This document shows positions 28,374 through 37,967 of a stretch of DNA of 64,000 nucleotides, piece by piece. Source of the DNA: an uncultured Chloroflexia bacterium (GTDB taxonomy: Bacteria > Chloroflexota > Limnocylindria > Limnocylindrales > CSP1-4); NCBI GenBank assembly GCA_963713975.1, contig OY970218.1, positions 2,592,001-2,656,000 on the forward strand. Reading direction: 5' to 3'. A program made the translations under genes and the position numbers. The notes under the pieces are model-generated. The model made no database searches. It saw only the letters and a list, made by a program, of their open reading frames with translations, and had not been told where the DNA came from. The stretch's first letter is position 1. The number at the start of each line of letters is the position of its first letter.

Positions 28374-29450
28374 ATGCCGATGCCCGCACGTCCCACCACC
28401 GACGCCGTTCCCTCGGTCCTGGCCGAGACGCTGCCCGACGGAAGCGTCCGGTGTGGTGTCTGTGCCCACCGCTGCCTCGTCCGGCCCGGTCGCACGGGGA
28501 TCTGCGGCGTGCGCGAGAACCGCGACGGGACGCTGTGGTGCCTGGCCTACGGTGCGGTCGCCGCGATGGGCGTGGACCCGATCGAGAAGAAGCCCCTGTT
28601 CCACGTGGAGCCCGGATCGACCGCCTACTCCATCTCCACGACGGGCTGCCCGTTCCACTGCGTGTTCTGCCAGAACTGGGAGATCGCCCAGGGGCCACGG
28701 CTGGGCATCAAGGTCCCCCAGCGCCGGATGTCGCCCGCGCGCATTGTCGAGGAGGCGCTGCGGACGGGCGCGCGGTCCATCGCCTACACCTACGTCGAGC
28801 CCACGGTGTTCCTGGAGTACGCCCTCGATACCGCCCGCCTTGCCCGAGATGCGGGTCTGCGCAACGTGTTCATCACCGACGGTTACGCCACGCCTGAGGC
28901 CGTGACCCTGCTGTCGGGCGTGCTCGATGCCGCCAATGTCGATCTCAAGAGCTTCGACGACGCCTTCTATCGACGCCAGTGCGGTGCGAGGCTGGCACCC
29001 GTCCTCGAGGCGATCGTGGCGATGCGCCAGGCCGGCGTCTGGCTCGAGATCACCACGCTGGTCATCCCGGGCCACAACGACGGCGATGAGGAGCTGGGAG
29101 CGCTCACCGGCTGGATCAACGACACGCTCGGTCCGGAAACGCCCTGGCACGTGAGCCGGTTCCACCCGGCGTTCCGGATGCAGGACGTCCCATCGACACC
29201 GGCCGCGACGCTGCTGCGCGCCGCCGGCATCGGGCGGGATGCCGGCTTGCGTCACGTGTACGTGGGGAACGCGCCGGAGCTTGCCCTGGAGGACACCCGG
29301 TGCTCGGGATGTGGCCGGGTGCTCATCGAGCGGACCGGCTATCGGACCCGCTCCGTTCTCGCTCGGGACGGGGCCTGCCCCGACTGCGGCGAACGGCTCG
29401 CGGGACGCTGGGCGTCTACGCCGCCATCCAGCGTCGCGGGATCGCGATGA
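28374..29450 (+). CDS. amrS: AmmeMemoRadiSam system radical SAM enzyme
   Basis: CGVCAHRC, DPIEKKPLFH, GCPFHCVFCQNWEI, YTYVEP and HVSRFHP motifs. Confidence 0.94.
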   Translation: MPMPARPTTDAVPSVLAETLPDGSVRCGVCAHRCLVRPGRTGICGVRENRDGTLWCLAYGAVAAMGVDPIEKKPLFHVEPGSTAYSISTTGCPFHCVFCQNWEIAQGPRLGIKVPQRRMSPARIVEEALRTGARSIAYTYVEPTVFLEYALDTARLARDAGLRNVFITDGYATPEAVTLLSGVLDAANVDLKSFDDAFYRRQCGARLAPVLEAIVAMRQAGVWLEITTLVIPGHNDGDEELGALTGWINDTLGPETPWHVSRFHPAFRMQDVPSTPAATLLRAAGIGRDAGLRHVYVGNAPELALEDTRCSGCGRVLIERTGYRTRSVLARDGACPDCGERLAGRWASTPPSSVAGSR

Positions 29451-30394
29451 CGGGGCCGGTTCGCGCCACGTCGGTCGCGGAGTCGTTCTATCCGCGCGAT
29501 CCGGGCGAGCTTGGGCGCCTGGTCGCTGGGCTGTTCAGCGCCGCCGAGCGCCTGCCTGGGCGGCCGGGGGTCCGGGTCGCCCAGGCAGGCGCCACGGCGC
29601 TGCCGACAGGGATCCTGGTGCCGCATGCGGGTCTCGTCTACTCGGGCGTCGTGGCGGCTGCGGCCTGGGCCTGTATGGGATCGGGTCCGGGAGCCGACCC
29701 GGGCAGGAGCGATGGCCACCAGTCGCCGCCCGTGGTCGTGCTCCTCGGGACCAACCACCGTGCCGGTTGGCTCGATGGAGTCGGCGCCTGGGATGCCGGC
29801 GCGTGGCAGACGCCGTCCGGCGCCGTGGCCGTGGACCAGGCACTCGCCACCGAGGTCCTCGCGCTTGGCCCGCCATTCGTCGTGGACCGGGACGCCCACC
29901 GGGGCGAGCACTCGCTCGAGGTCCAGCTGCCACTGCTCCGTGGGGTCGATCCAGGGGCGAGGATCGTGCCGCTCGCGGTCTCGGCCGGGGTCGGGGACCG
30001 GGCAATCACGGCGGGGGAGCGCCTTGGCCGGCTCCTCGCTGCGCGCCGTGATGCCGGCGAGCGGATCGTCCTCGCGATCAGTACGGACATGGCCCACTAC
30101 CCACCGGCCGATGAGTGTGCACGGGTGACCGAGCTGCTCCTGCCGGCCATCCTCGATCTCGATGCGGCCGGGCTCGCGGTGCTCGAGAGCGATGTTCGAC
30201 GGGCCGGGATCCGCGGCCTTGCCTGCGGGATGTGCGGGATCCAGCCGGCCGTGATGGGCCTCGCGGCACTGCGGGCGATGGGCGTTGAGTCCGGCACGTT
30301 CCTTGCTGCCGCGACGTCTGGGGACGCCGGAGGGCCCCGGGACGAGACCGTGGGCTATCTCGCCGTCCGGTTCGACCCTCGGCCCGTGTCGTAG
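29447..30394 (+). CDS. amrB: AmmeMemoRadiSam system protein B (Memo-like)
   Basis: FYP, VPHAGLVYSG, EHSLEVQLP, STDMAHY, MCG and VGY motifs. Confidence 0.92.
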   Translation: MTGPVRATSVAESFYPRDPGELGRLVAGLFSAAERLPGRPGVRVAQAGATALPTGILVPHAGLVYSGVVAAAAWACMGSGPGADPGRSDGHQSPPVVVLLGTNHRAGWLDGVGAWDAGAWQTPSGAVAVDQALATEVLALGPPFVVDRDAHRGEHSLEVQLPLLRGVDPGARIVPLAVSAGVGDRAITAGERLGRLLAARRDAGERIVLAISTDMAHYPPADECARVTELLLPAILDLDAAGLAVLESDVRRAGIRGLACGMCGIQPAVMGLAALRAMGVESGTFLAAATSGDAGGPRDETVGYLAVRFDPRPVS

Positions 30395-30494
30395 GGGCGT
30401 GGCAGCGCGCTCGACTGCCACACGGCCTGGGGAACCGAACGCAGACAGGCGCTCCTTGTCAGGCCGGTCGGACATCCAGGGCGGCGCCGTGGGT

Positions 30495-30959
30495 TCAGGG
30501 GCAGTTCATCGGACCGTCGCGCTGGAAGTAGCCGACCGGGACGACGCCGATGTGGATGGTCCGGGCATCGACCATCGCGCCGTTGGCGATCATGCCCTCC
30601 TCGGGCGGGGTCTCGCTGAGCCTGGGCCCACCGGGGAAGTGATCCATCTGCCACTCGACCGTGTAGCCGCGGTCGCGCAGCCATTGTTCCGCTTCGGGAG
30701 GCGTCATGAGCTCGACACCGCTGCAATAGAGCGGTTGCCCCTTGTTGAAGGCACCCTCGGCCGTGTGGACGTCGGTTCTGACGACGACCTGCGCGGCGGT
30801 CGTGAAGCCGGCACCGACTCCGAGCACGAGGCCGACCGCAAGCGACACAACAGCCACCGGGACAACACTCCCGCGTGCGCGGCGACGGCGGTCGGGAGTC
30901 CACTCGCCTTTCTCCATCGCACGCAGCCGCGCGTCAAGGTCTTCGTCCGAGGTGATCAT
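30495..30959 (-). CDS. Single-pass membrane protein, putative anti-sigma factor
   Basis: Short cytoplasmic N-terminus and one TM. The start overlaps the ECF sigma stop. Confidence 0.6.
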   Translation of the reverse strand: MITSDEDLDARLRAMEKGEWTPDRRRRARGSVVPVAVVSLAVGLVLGVGAGFTTAAQVVVRTDVHTAEGAFNKGQPLYCSGVELMTPPEAEQWLRDRGYTVEWQMDHFPGGPRLSETPPEEGMIANGAMVDARTIHIGVVPVGYFQRDGPMNCP

Positions 30960-31450
30960 CGCCGTTCCTCCCCGAGCTCGACCCGCAACCGGGCCTTCGC
31001 CCGTGATATCCAGCTCGCGACGGTGCCCTCCGGCACGTGGAGCGCATCGCCGATCTCCGCGTAGCCGACGCCGTCAAGGACGTGGAGCATGAGCGCCGCC
31101 CGCTGGTTGCGCGGCAGCCGGCGCAGGGCATCCCACAGCTCGAGGTCGGCGGGCACCAGAGGTGCCGGCGTCGCACGCAGAGCCGTGGCCAGCGCACGGC
31201 GCCGCCGGCGGAGCTCGTTGAGCGCAAGGCGGACGCCGATGACCTGGAGCCACGGCCAAAGCCCGTCACCATGGAAGTCCGCCTCGTGCCGGATGGCGCG
31301 GAGGCACGTCTCTTGAGCCAGGTCCTCCGCCTCGTCGTGGTCCCCGACCACGATGGCCAGGCGATGGACGAGCCGTGGCCGCAGCGCGAGGACGTCGTCC
31401 TCGAACGCCCGCGTCGCGGGTGCTGCGGCCTCGACCACCAGTTCGCTCAT
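30956..31450 (-). CDS. ECF RNA polymerase sigma factor
   Basis: AEDLAQETCLRA, LPRNQRAAL and YAEIGDALHVPEGTVASWISRA motifs. Confidence 0.9.
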   Translation of the reverse strand: MSELVVEAAAPATRAFEDDVLALRPRLVHRLAIVVGDHDEAEDLAQETCLRAIRHEADFHGDGLWPWLQVIGVRLALNELRRRRRALATALRATPAPLVPADLELWDALRRLPRNQRAALMLHVLDGVGYAEIGDALHVPEGTVASWISRAKARLRVELGEERR

Positions 31451-31637
31451 GGCTGTCGTCGTCCTTGCGCATCTGGTCCCACCACACGAACACCGACGAC
31501 CCGGGATTCCTTGCAGCTCGCGCTCCCGCGGCTGGAACCTGCCGCCAGAACTGTGGCGGGGTCGTGGGGCAACGCAAGGGCCATCGGAGCGAGGTTTCGC
31601 ACGCTGGGTGGCGCGGTTGGACCGCGGATACCCTTGG

Positions 31638-32546
31638 ATGGTGACAACTCTCGCCCAGCCTGACGACCGCGTTCCGTCCGCCGCATGCGAGGCGATCCTC
31701 GGGTGGTACGACGCCGAGGGCCGGGATCTCGCCTTCCGCACCACCGCAGACCCGTACGCCGTGCTGGTGTCGGAGTTGATGGCCCAGCAGACGCAGGCGG
31801 CCCGTGCGGCGGAGGCATGGACGGCCTGGATGGCCCGCTGGCCCACCGTCGAGGACCTGGCCGCCGCACCGGTAGCCGAGGTGCTGCGCGCCTGGGCGGG
31901 TCTTGGCTACAACCGGCGCGCCGTGGCGCTCCACCGGGCGGCACGGGTCATCGTCGAGCGGCACGACGGTCGCGTCCCGTCCACCGTGGACGGACTCGAG
32001 GCGCTGCCGGGCGTTGGGCCGTACACGGCTCGAGCCGTGGCGGCGATCGCGTTCCGCGTGCCCGTCGGCGCCGTGGACACGAACGTCCGGCGGGTGCTCG
32101 GGCGCATAGCCGCGGGAGGGGCGGAGGCCATCACGGCGCCGGCCATGCAGGGGCTGGCGGATGCGGCGGTCCCACACGACCGACCCGACGCATGGACGCA
32201 CGCGCTGATGGACCTTGGCGCGACGGTGTGCAGGCCGTCGCGGCCACGCTGTACCGGCTGTCCGGCGGTCGCCTGGTGCCGGTACGCGGCGGGGGAGCGA
32301 GCCGTTGTTCCGGTGGCGGGTCGGCGGCGACCGGATCCCGCCTTCCCATCGACGCGCCGCTGGCTCCGCGGCCGCGTCCTGGAGCGTGCCCGCGCCGCGG
32401 AGGACGGGGCATGGGTTGCGTACCCCGAGGCGATGGGGTCGCATCCGGCCGCCGCGGTGCGCGAGGCGGTGCTTGCCCTTGCAGGAGAGGGGCTGCTCGA
32501 GGCCCGCGACACGCCCGATGGCCCGGAGGGCAGGCTCCCGGGCTGA
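31638..32546 (+). CDS. mutY: A/G-specific adenine glycosylase, short form
   Basis: VSELMAQQT, WAGLGYNRR, LPGVGPYTA, VDTNV and CRPSRPRCTGCP...C motifs. The start may be GTG 31641. Confidence 0.93.
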   Translation: MVTTLAQPDDRVPSAACEAILGWYDAEGRDLAFRTTADPYAVLVSELMAQQTQAARAAEAWTAWMARWPTVEDLAAAPVAEVLRAWAGLGYNRRAVALHRAARVIVERHDGRVPSTVDGLEALPGVGPYTARAVAAIAFRVPVGAVDTNVRRVLGRIAAGGAEAITAPAMQGLADAAVPHDRPDAWTHALMDLGATVCRPSRPRCTGCPAVAWCRYAAGERAVVPVAGRRRPDPAFPSTRRWLRGRVLERARAAEDGAWVAYPEAMGSHPAAAVREAVLALAGEGLLEARDTPDGPEGRLPG

Positions 32547-32569
32547 GCCCGCCGGCGCACAATGCGTCC

Positions 32570-33001
32570 ATGGGCTACGACCTCGAGCGCTTCGTGACCG
32601 CACAGGAGCACGCTTATGACGACGCGGTCCGCGAGCTCCGCGCCGGCCGCAAGACGGGGCACTGGATCTGGTACGTGTTCCCGCAGCTCACCGGCCTGGG
32701 CCGAAGCGAGATGTCGCGCTACTACTCGGTCGCCTCACTGGACGAGGCCCGCGCGTACCTGGCACACCCCGTCCTCGGCCCGAGGCTGCGCGAGTGTTCA
32801 GGTGCGGTCCTGGCGATCGAGGGCAGCACGGCGGAGCGCATCTTCGGGCCGGTGGATGCCCTGAAGGTATGCTCGTGCATGACCCTGTTCAGCCGGGCCG
32901 CCCCGGGCGAGTCGCCGTTCGAGGAGGTCCTTGAGCGCTTCTACGACGGCAGAACCGACCCGAACACGGACCGACTGCTCGGCATCGCCGCGGCCGGCTG
33001 A
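32570..33001 (+). CDS. DUF1810 family protein
   Basis: DLERFVTAQ, GRKTGHWIWYVFPQ and YLAHPVLGPRL motifs. Confidence 0.9.
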   Translation: MGYDLERFVTAQEHAYDDAVRELRAGRKTGHWIWYVFPQLTGLGRSEMSRYYSVASLDEARAYLAHPVLGPRLRECSGAVLAIEGSTAERIFGPVDALKVCSCMTLFSRAAPGESPFEEVLERFYDGRTDPNTDRLLGIAAAG

Positions 33002-33045
33002 CGCGCGCCGGGCCGCGGACGGCCCCGGGCGGTACCCTTCAGGCG

Positions 33046-33828
33046 ATGCCCCCTCGAACCATGCCCCTGCCTGCGGACGACCCCGCCCTGGCGACGATGA
33101 GCCTCGACGAGCTCGAGTTGCGCTGGGCGGCTGCGGCGGCACGCACAGCGATCACCGCGGAGGCGATGACCGGCGCAGACCTGAAGGCACAGGCCCTCGG
33201 CATCGCCGGCGAGCGGCTCATGGAGCAGGCGGGTACCGCGGTCGCCGCCGCCGCACGGGCGCTCGTGGAGTTCAACGGGCGCGAGGGCAAGCCCGTCCTG
33301 GTCCTGGCCGGTCCCGGCAACAACGGCGGAGACGGCTTCGTGGCGGCGCGCCGTCTCGCCGAGTGGGGCGTGCCGGTCATCGCCGTGCTGGTGGCGGCCA
33401 ACGAGCGCCCCGGCACCCCGGACGCCCTGCGCAACTGGAAGCGCCTCGACGATCATGCCGGGGTCACCAGGATCCACGCACCCGTGGCCCGCGACCTCGC
33501 CATCCTCGGCCAGGGCATCGACAAGGCATCGATCGTGGTCGACGCGCTCTTGGGAACCGGTGTCCGGGGCCAGCTTCGGGAGCCCGTCCGCACCGCGGTA
33601 GAGCTGATCCGCAAGGCCCGTGAGGCCGGGATCCCGGTGCTCGCGGTGGACACCCCGACGGCCGTCGACCTGACTTCGGGCGACCCCTCCGAGCCGGTCG
33701 TCCGCGCTGATCTCACTGTCACGTTCCACCGGCCGAAGACCGGCCTGCGCACGAGGATGGGTCGTGCCCTGGCGGGCCGCGTCCTCGTCGCGCCGATCGG
33801 GATCCCGTCGGAAGCGGACCGGACCTAG
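33046..33828 (+). CDS. nnrE: NAD(P)H-hydrate epimerase (stand-alone YjeF_N)
   Basis: LMEQAG, GPGNNGGDG, VDALLGTG, AVDTPT and TVTF motifs. Confidence 0.9.
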   Translation: MPPRTMPLPADDPALATMSLDELELRWAAAAARTAITAEAMTGADLKAQALGIAGERLMEQAGTAVAAAARALVEFNGREGKPVLVLAGPGNNGGDGFVAARRLAEWGVPVIAVLVAANERPGTPDALRNWKRLDDHAGVTRIHAPVARDLAILGQGIDKASIVVDALLGTGVRGQLREPVRTAVELIRKAREAGIPVLAVDTPTAVDLTSGDPSEPVVRADLTVTFHRPKTGLRTRMGRALAGRVLVAPIGIPSEADRT

Positions 33829-33838
33829 GCGCCGAAGG

Positions 33839-34045
33839 ATGACCGAGGCACGCCAGCCCGGCCTGCGCGCGGTCCTTCTCCTGGCGGCCGCCGTCGTGCT
33901 GGTGGTGATGGTGGCCGCCGGCGCCACCGCCCTGCTGCCGGCCGACGCCCAGGGGGTCGTCTTCCACACGCCGCTCCTGATCGTGGTCCTGATCGGCGGG
34001 ACGGGTCTCGTCCTGTGGCGCATCCTCCGCCGGCCGGGTGCCTGA
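33839..34045 (+). CDS. Small two-TM membrane protein
   Basis: Two hydrophobic helices. Fills the gap between nnrE and glpD. Confidence 0.65.
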   Translation: MTEARQPGLRAVLLLAAAVVLVVMVAAGATALLPADAQGVVFHTPLLIVVLIGGTGLVLWRILRRPGA

Positions 34046-34054
34046 GACGATCGG

Positions 34055-35689
34055 ATGACCGGTCCGATCGAACGCCGCGCCGCCGACCTCGCCCGCCTGG
34101 CCGACGAGCGGTGGGATCTGCTCATCGTGGGCGGAGGGATCGTGGGGGCGGGCGCCCTGCTCGATGCGGCCTCGCGCGGCCTGAAGGTCGTGCTCATCGA
34201 GCAGGACGACATCGCCGCCGGGACCAGCTCCCGGTCCAGCCGCCTGATCCACGGCGGGCTCCGGTACCTCCAGCAGGGCCAGGTAGGCCTCGTCCGCGAG
34301 GCGCTGGCGGAGCGGGCGCGACTCATCCGCCTGGCGCCGCACCTGGTGCGCATGGAGGCATTCCTGTTCCCGATCTATGGGCCGCGCGTGGTCAAGCGGG
34401 CGTTCTACGAGATCGGGTTGACGGCCTACGACCTCCTGGGCTCGACCGCATCGGCCGGTCGCCACCGGCATCTTGGCCTCGCCGACACCCTGGACTACGC
34501 CCCGGACCTCGTCCGCAAGGATCTCCGAGGGGCGTTGCTCTACCACGATGCGATGGAGGACGACGCGCGGTTCACCCTGGCGGTCGCGCGTACCGCGGTC
34601 GCCCATGGCCAGGGGTCCGCCGTCGTGGTGACCCGCGTCCGGGCGACTGCCCCGCTATGGGAGCGCGATCGGATCGCCGGCGCGAATGCTCGGGACCTTG
34701 TCTCGGGTGCCGGTCTCGATATCCGCGCGACAGCCGTCCTCGACGCGACAGGCGCCTGGGGCTCGATGCCGGCCCGGCACTTCGGTTCGGGCTCCTTCAG
34801 CGTCCTGCCGGCCCGCGGCAGCCACCTGGTCATCGAGCGCGAGCGCATCCCCGCGCGTGGAGGCATGACGCTGCGCATCCCGGGACGCGTCGCGTTCATG
34901 GTCCCCTGGCCGCGCCACTGGATCGTCGGCACCACGGACAAGCCGTATCGGGGGCCGCTGGACCACGTCGCCGCGAGCGCCGAGGAGGTGGACGAGATCC
35001 TCGGCACGCTCAACGGGGCCCTTGAGCTGAGCGTCACGCGCGATGACATCGTCGGCACCTACGCCGGCCTACGCCCGCTCATCGCCCCGTCGGATGCCAC
35101 GACGTCCGTCAGGGTCTCGCGCGAGCACAGGGTGGCCGTGGAGGCACCGGGCCTGGTCCGCGTCAGCGGCGGCAAGTACACGACCTACCGCTTGATGGCC
35201 CGCGATGCCGTGGATACGGTCCTGGGTCCCGCGGCGAGGACGCGGCCCACCGCCACCGGGGAGCTGCCAATCCTGGGCGCTGCCCCGCGCGCGGAGCTCG
35301 ATGCCCTGGCCGCCCGCCTGGCTCGCGAGCACGAGCTGGGAGCGGAGGCCACCGCCTCCCTCGTGGACCGCCACGGCACGGAGGCCGCAGGCCTCGTGGC
35401 GATGGGCCGGGAGCGGGACCTGCTGCGACCACTCCTGGATGGTCACCCGTTCCTCGAAGCGGAGATCGTCTGGGCGGTCGAGCAGGAGCTGGCCGTCACC
35501 ATGGACGACCTGCTCGCCCGGCGGATCAGGCTGGCCCCGGTGCTGTGCGACCGGGGCGAGAGCGTTGCGGACCGCGTGGCCGACATCGCAGGCGGGATCC
35601 TGGGCTGGGATTGGCAGCGCCGCAGACAGGAGATCGAGACCTACCTGGAGGGTGCCCGGCGGGAGTTCGGGGTTCCGCCTCCAGCGTGA
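34055..35689 (+). CDS. glpD: FAD-dependent glycerol-3-phosphate dehydrogenase/oxidase
   Basis: GGGIVG, GTSSRSSRLIHGGLRYL, GTTD, AGLRPL and GGKYTTYR motifs. Confidence 0.92.
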   Translation: MTGPIERRAADLARLADERWDLLIVGGGIVGAGALLDAASRGLKVVLIEQDDIAAGTSSRSSRLIHGGLRYLQQGQVGLVREALAERARLIRLAPHLVRMEAFLFPIYGPRVVKRAFYEIGLTAYDLLGSTASAGRHRHLGLADTLDYAPDLVRKDLRGALLYHDAMEDDARFTLAVARTAVAHGQGSAVVVTRVRATAPLWERDRIAGANARDLVSGAGLDIRATAVLDATGAWGSMPARHFGSGSFSVLPARGSHLVIERERIPARGGMTLRIPGRVAFMVPWPRHWIVGTTDKPYRGPLDHVAASAEEVDEILGTLNGALELSVTRDDIVGTYAGLRPLIAPSDATTSVRVSREHRVAVEAPGLVRVSGGKYTTYRLMARDAVDTVLGPAARTRPTATGELPILGAAPRAELDALAARLAREHELGAEATASLVDRHGTEAAGLVAMGRERDLLRPLLDGHPFLEAEIVWAVEQELAVTMDDLLARRIRLAPVLCDRGESVADRVADIAGGILGWDWQRRRQEIETYLEGARREFGVPPPA

Positions 35690-35817
35690 GGGGCACGTCG
35701 TGGAGCCTCTCCGGCGCCCGGCTTGCGAAAATTGGGTATCGCCACGGTTGCGATTAGCCCGTAGACTCACGCTGCGCGGACGCCGCGCGTGCTCATTTGG
35801 ATCGCACGTTCGACACT

Positions 35818-35880
35818 TGGTCTCCTCCGGCACAACACTCGAGGACCCGGGCAAGAGGCGGCGAAAACTGGAGGAGATCG
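35818..35880 (+). promoter_or_regulatory. 5' leader helix sequestering the Shine-Dalgarno of the zinc-ribbon gene
   Basis: TGGTCTCCTCCGG (35818-30) pairs over 13 bp, including 3 G-U pairs, with CTGGAGGAGATCG (35868-80). Confidence 0.6.
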
Positions 35881-35884
35881 GCAC

Positions 35885-36286
35885 GTGGCCGACAAGACAC
35901 TTTCCTGTTCGGACTGCAACATGGAGTTCGCTTTCACGGAGCGCGAACAGGCCTTCTACGCCGAGAAGGGGTTCACGGAGCCCCGCCGGTGCCCCTCGTG
36001 CCGCGCCAGCCGCAAGGCAGCGCGCTCGGGTGGTGACAGCGGGTATGGCGGCGGCTCGTATTCGAGCGGCGGCTATGACTCCGGCGGGTATGGCGGTGGT
36101 GGCGGCTATTCCGCCGGCGGTTACGGTGGCGGCGGCGGCGGGGGCGGCGGCTACAGCAGCGCGCCGCGCGAGATGTTCGCGGCAACCTGTTCCAGCTGCG
36201 GCCGCGAGGCCAAGGTTCCGTTCCGCCCAACCAATGGCAAGCCGGTCTACTGCTCGGACTGCTTCCGCGCCCAGCGCGGCGGCTGA
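35885..36286 (+). CDS. Zinc-ribbon / CxxC-x17-CxxC protein with a Gly/Tyr/Ser-rich linker
   Basis: CSDC...FYAEKGF...RCPSC, a GGY linker, then ATCSSCG...VPFRP...VYCSDCF. Confidence 0.92.
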   Translation: MADKTLSCSDCNMEFAFTEREQAFYAEKGFTEPRRCPSCRASRKAARSGGDSGYGGGSYSSGGYDSGGYGGGGGYSAGGYGGGGGGGGGYSSAPREMFAATCSSCGREAKVPFRPTNGKPVYCSDCFRAQRGG

Positions 36287-36318
36287 GCTCCAGCGCCTCA
36301 CAGCCGGGTCGCGGTCTC

Positions 36319-36347
36319 CGCGGCCCGGTTCTTGATTCCGGGGCCGT
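36319..36347 (+). terminator. Stem-loop after the zinc-ribbon gene
   Basis: CGGCCCGG-loop-CCGGGCCG inverted repeat. Confidence 0.5.
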
Positions 36348-36469
36348 GCGCCATTACCTACCTACCGGCCGGCCGGTGTAGCATCGAGCCAATGCTCGAT
36401 CCCTTCACTCGGCCATGCGGTCCCAGGCCCGCTCGTCCGAACGTGACCACAGCGGAGGATTCCTGACCG

Positions 36470-37912
36470 ATGGCCGTCGGCTCTTCCAACGACTTCGACC
36501 TCATCGTCCTCGGTGCGGGGACCGGCGGGTACGCCGCAGCGTTCCGGGGTGCCCAGCTGGGCCTTCGCGTCGCCCTCGTCGACGAGGACCGGATCGGCGG
36601 CACCTGCCTCCATCGCGGCTGCATCCCCACCAAGGCCATGCTCGAGAGTGCCTCGCTGGCCGAGCGCATCCGCCATGCATCCGACTTCGGTCTGCGCCTC
36701 CCCGGCGCCGCCGAGGTGGACTTCGCCCAGATCGCCAAGCGGCGCGACCAGGTCGTGACGCGGATGTGGAAGGGCGTGCAATCCCTGGTCAAGAAGAACG
36801 ACGTGACCTGGATCGCGGGCCGCGGTCGCCTCGATGGACCGACCAGAGTCCGCGTGGTCATGGCCGGAGAGGACGGCACGCCGGGGACCGGGGGCGAGCG
36901 GGTCCTCAACGGCACCGACGTGGTCCTCGCTACGGGTTCCCGGGTGAAGTCGCTGCCCGGGATCGTCCCCGACGGGAAGCGGATCCTGACCTCGGACGAC
37001 GTGCTGCGCTCGGATTCGATGCCCGCCAGCGTGATCGTCATCGGTGCGGGGGCGGTCGGCGTCGAGTTCGCCTCCATGTACCACGACCTCGGTGCCACGG
37101 TGACGCTCCTCGAGTACCTGCCGGCGATCGTCCCGCTCGAGGACCGCGAGGTCAGCAAGGAGCTGGAGCGGACCTTCAACAGGCGTGGGATCAAGGTCGT
37201 GACCAATGCCCGTTTCGATGCCGTGAGCGTCATCGCGAGCGACGCCGACGTGCGCATCACGGTCGGCCCCGAGGGCAAGGAGCCGACGGAGATCTCGGCG
37301 GAGATGCTCCTCGTCGCCGCGGGCCGGGCCACCAACGTGGAGGACGTGGGCCTCGAGACCACGACCGCCGAGGTCGACCGGGGCATCGTGAAGGTCGACG
37401 GTCACATGCGGACGAAGGAGCCCCACCTGTACGCGATCGGCGACATCGTAGGCGGGCTCATGCTCGCGCACACGGCCGCCCACGAGGGGATCACGGCAGT
37501 CCATACCATCGCCGGTGACCCGGACGTGCATGCCATGGACTACGTCAAGCAGCCCAGGGCCACGTACTGCCGCCCGGAGATCGCGTCGGTCGGCCTGACC
37601 GAGCAGGAGTGCGAGACACGCGGCCTGCCCGTCAAGATCGCCAAGGTCCCGTTCCAGGCCGTGGCCAAGGCCATCATCGGCGGGGAGTACGAGGGCTTCA
37701 CCAAGATCATCGGCCACGCAGAGACCGATGAGACGCTCGGCATCCATATCATCGGGCCGCATGCCACGGACCTCATCGCCGAGGCCTCGCTGGCGCTGGC
37801 CCTCGAGGCGACGCCGTGGGAGATCGGCGCCGCGACGCACGCGCACCCGACCTTCTCGGAGATCCTGGGCGAGACGGCGATGGCGGTGGACGGACGCTCG
37901 ATCAACTTCTAG
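36470..37912 (+). CDS. lpdA: Dihydrolipoyl dehydrogenase (E3)
   Basis: GGTCLHRGCIPTK, GAGAVGVE and HAHPTFSE motifs. Confidence 0.95.
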   Translation: MAVGSSNDFDLIVLGAGTGGYAAAFRGAQLGLRVALVDEDRIGGTCLHRGCIPTKAMLESASLAERIRHASDFGLRLPGAAEVDFAQIAKRRDQVVTRMWKGVQSLVKKNDVTWIAGRGRLDGPTRVRVVMAGEDGTPGTGGERVLNGTDVVLATGSRVKSLPGIVPDGKRILTSDDVLRSDSMPASVIVIGAGAVGVEFASMYHDLGATVTLLEYLPAIVPLEDREVSKELERTFNRRGIKVVTNARFDAVSVIASDADVRITVGPEGKEPTEISAEMLLVAAGRATNVEDVGLETTTAEVDRGIVKVDGHMRTKEPHLYAIGDIVGGLMLAHTAAHEGITAVHTIAGDPDVHAMDYVKQPRATYCRPEIASVGLTEQECETRGLPVKIAKVPFQAVAKAIIGGEYEGFTKIIGHAETDETLGIHIIGPHATDLIAEASLALALEATPWEIGAATHAHPTFSEILGETAMAVDGRSINF

Positions 37913-37967
37913 GCCGTCGCGCGGAGCCGGCAACTGCCGGTCCGGCCGCCGGCCCACGGAGGACGCC

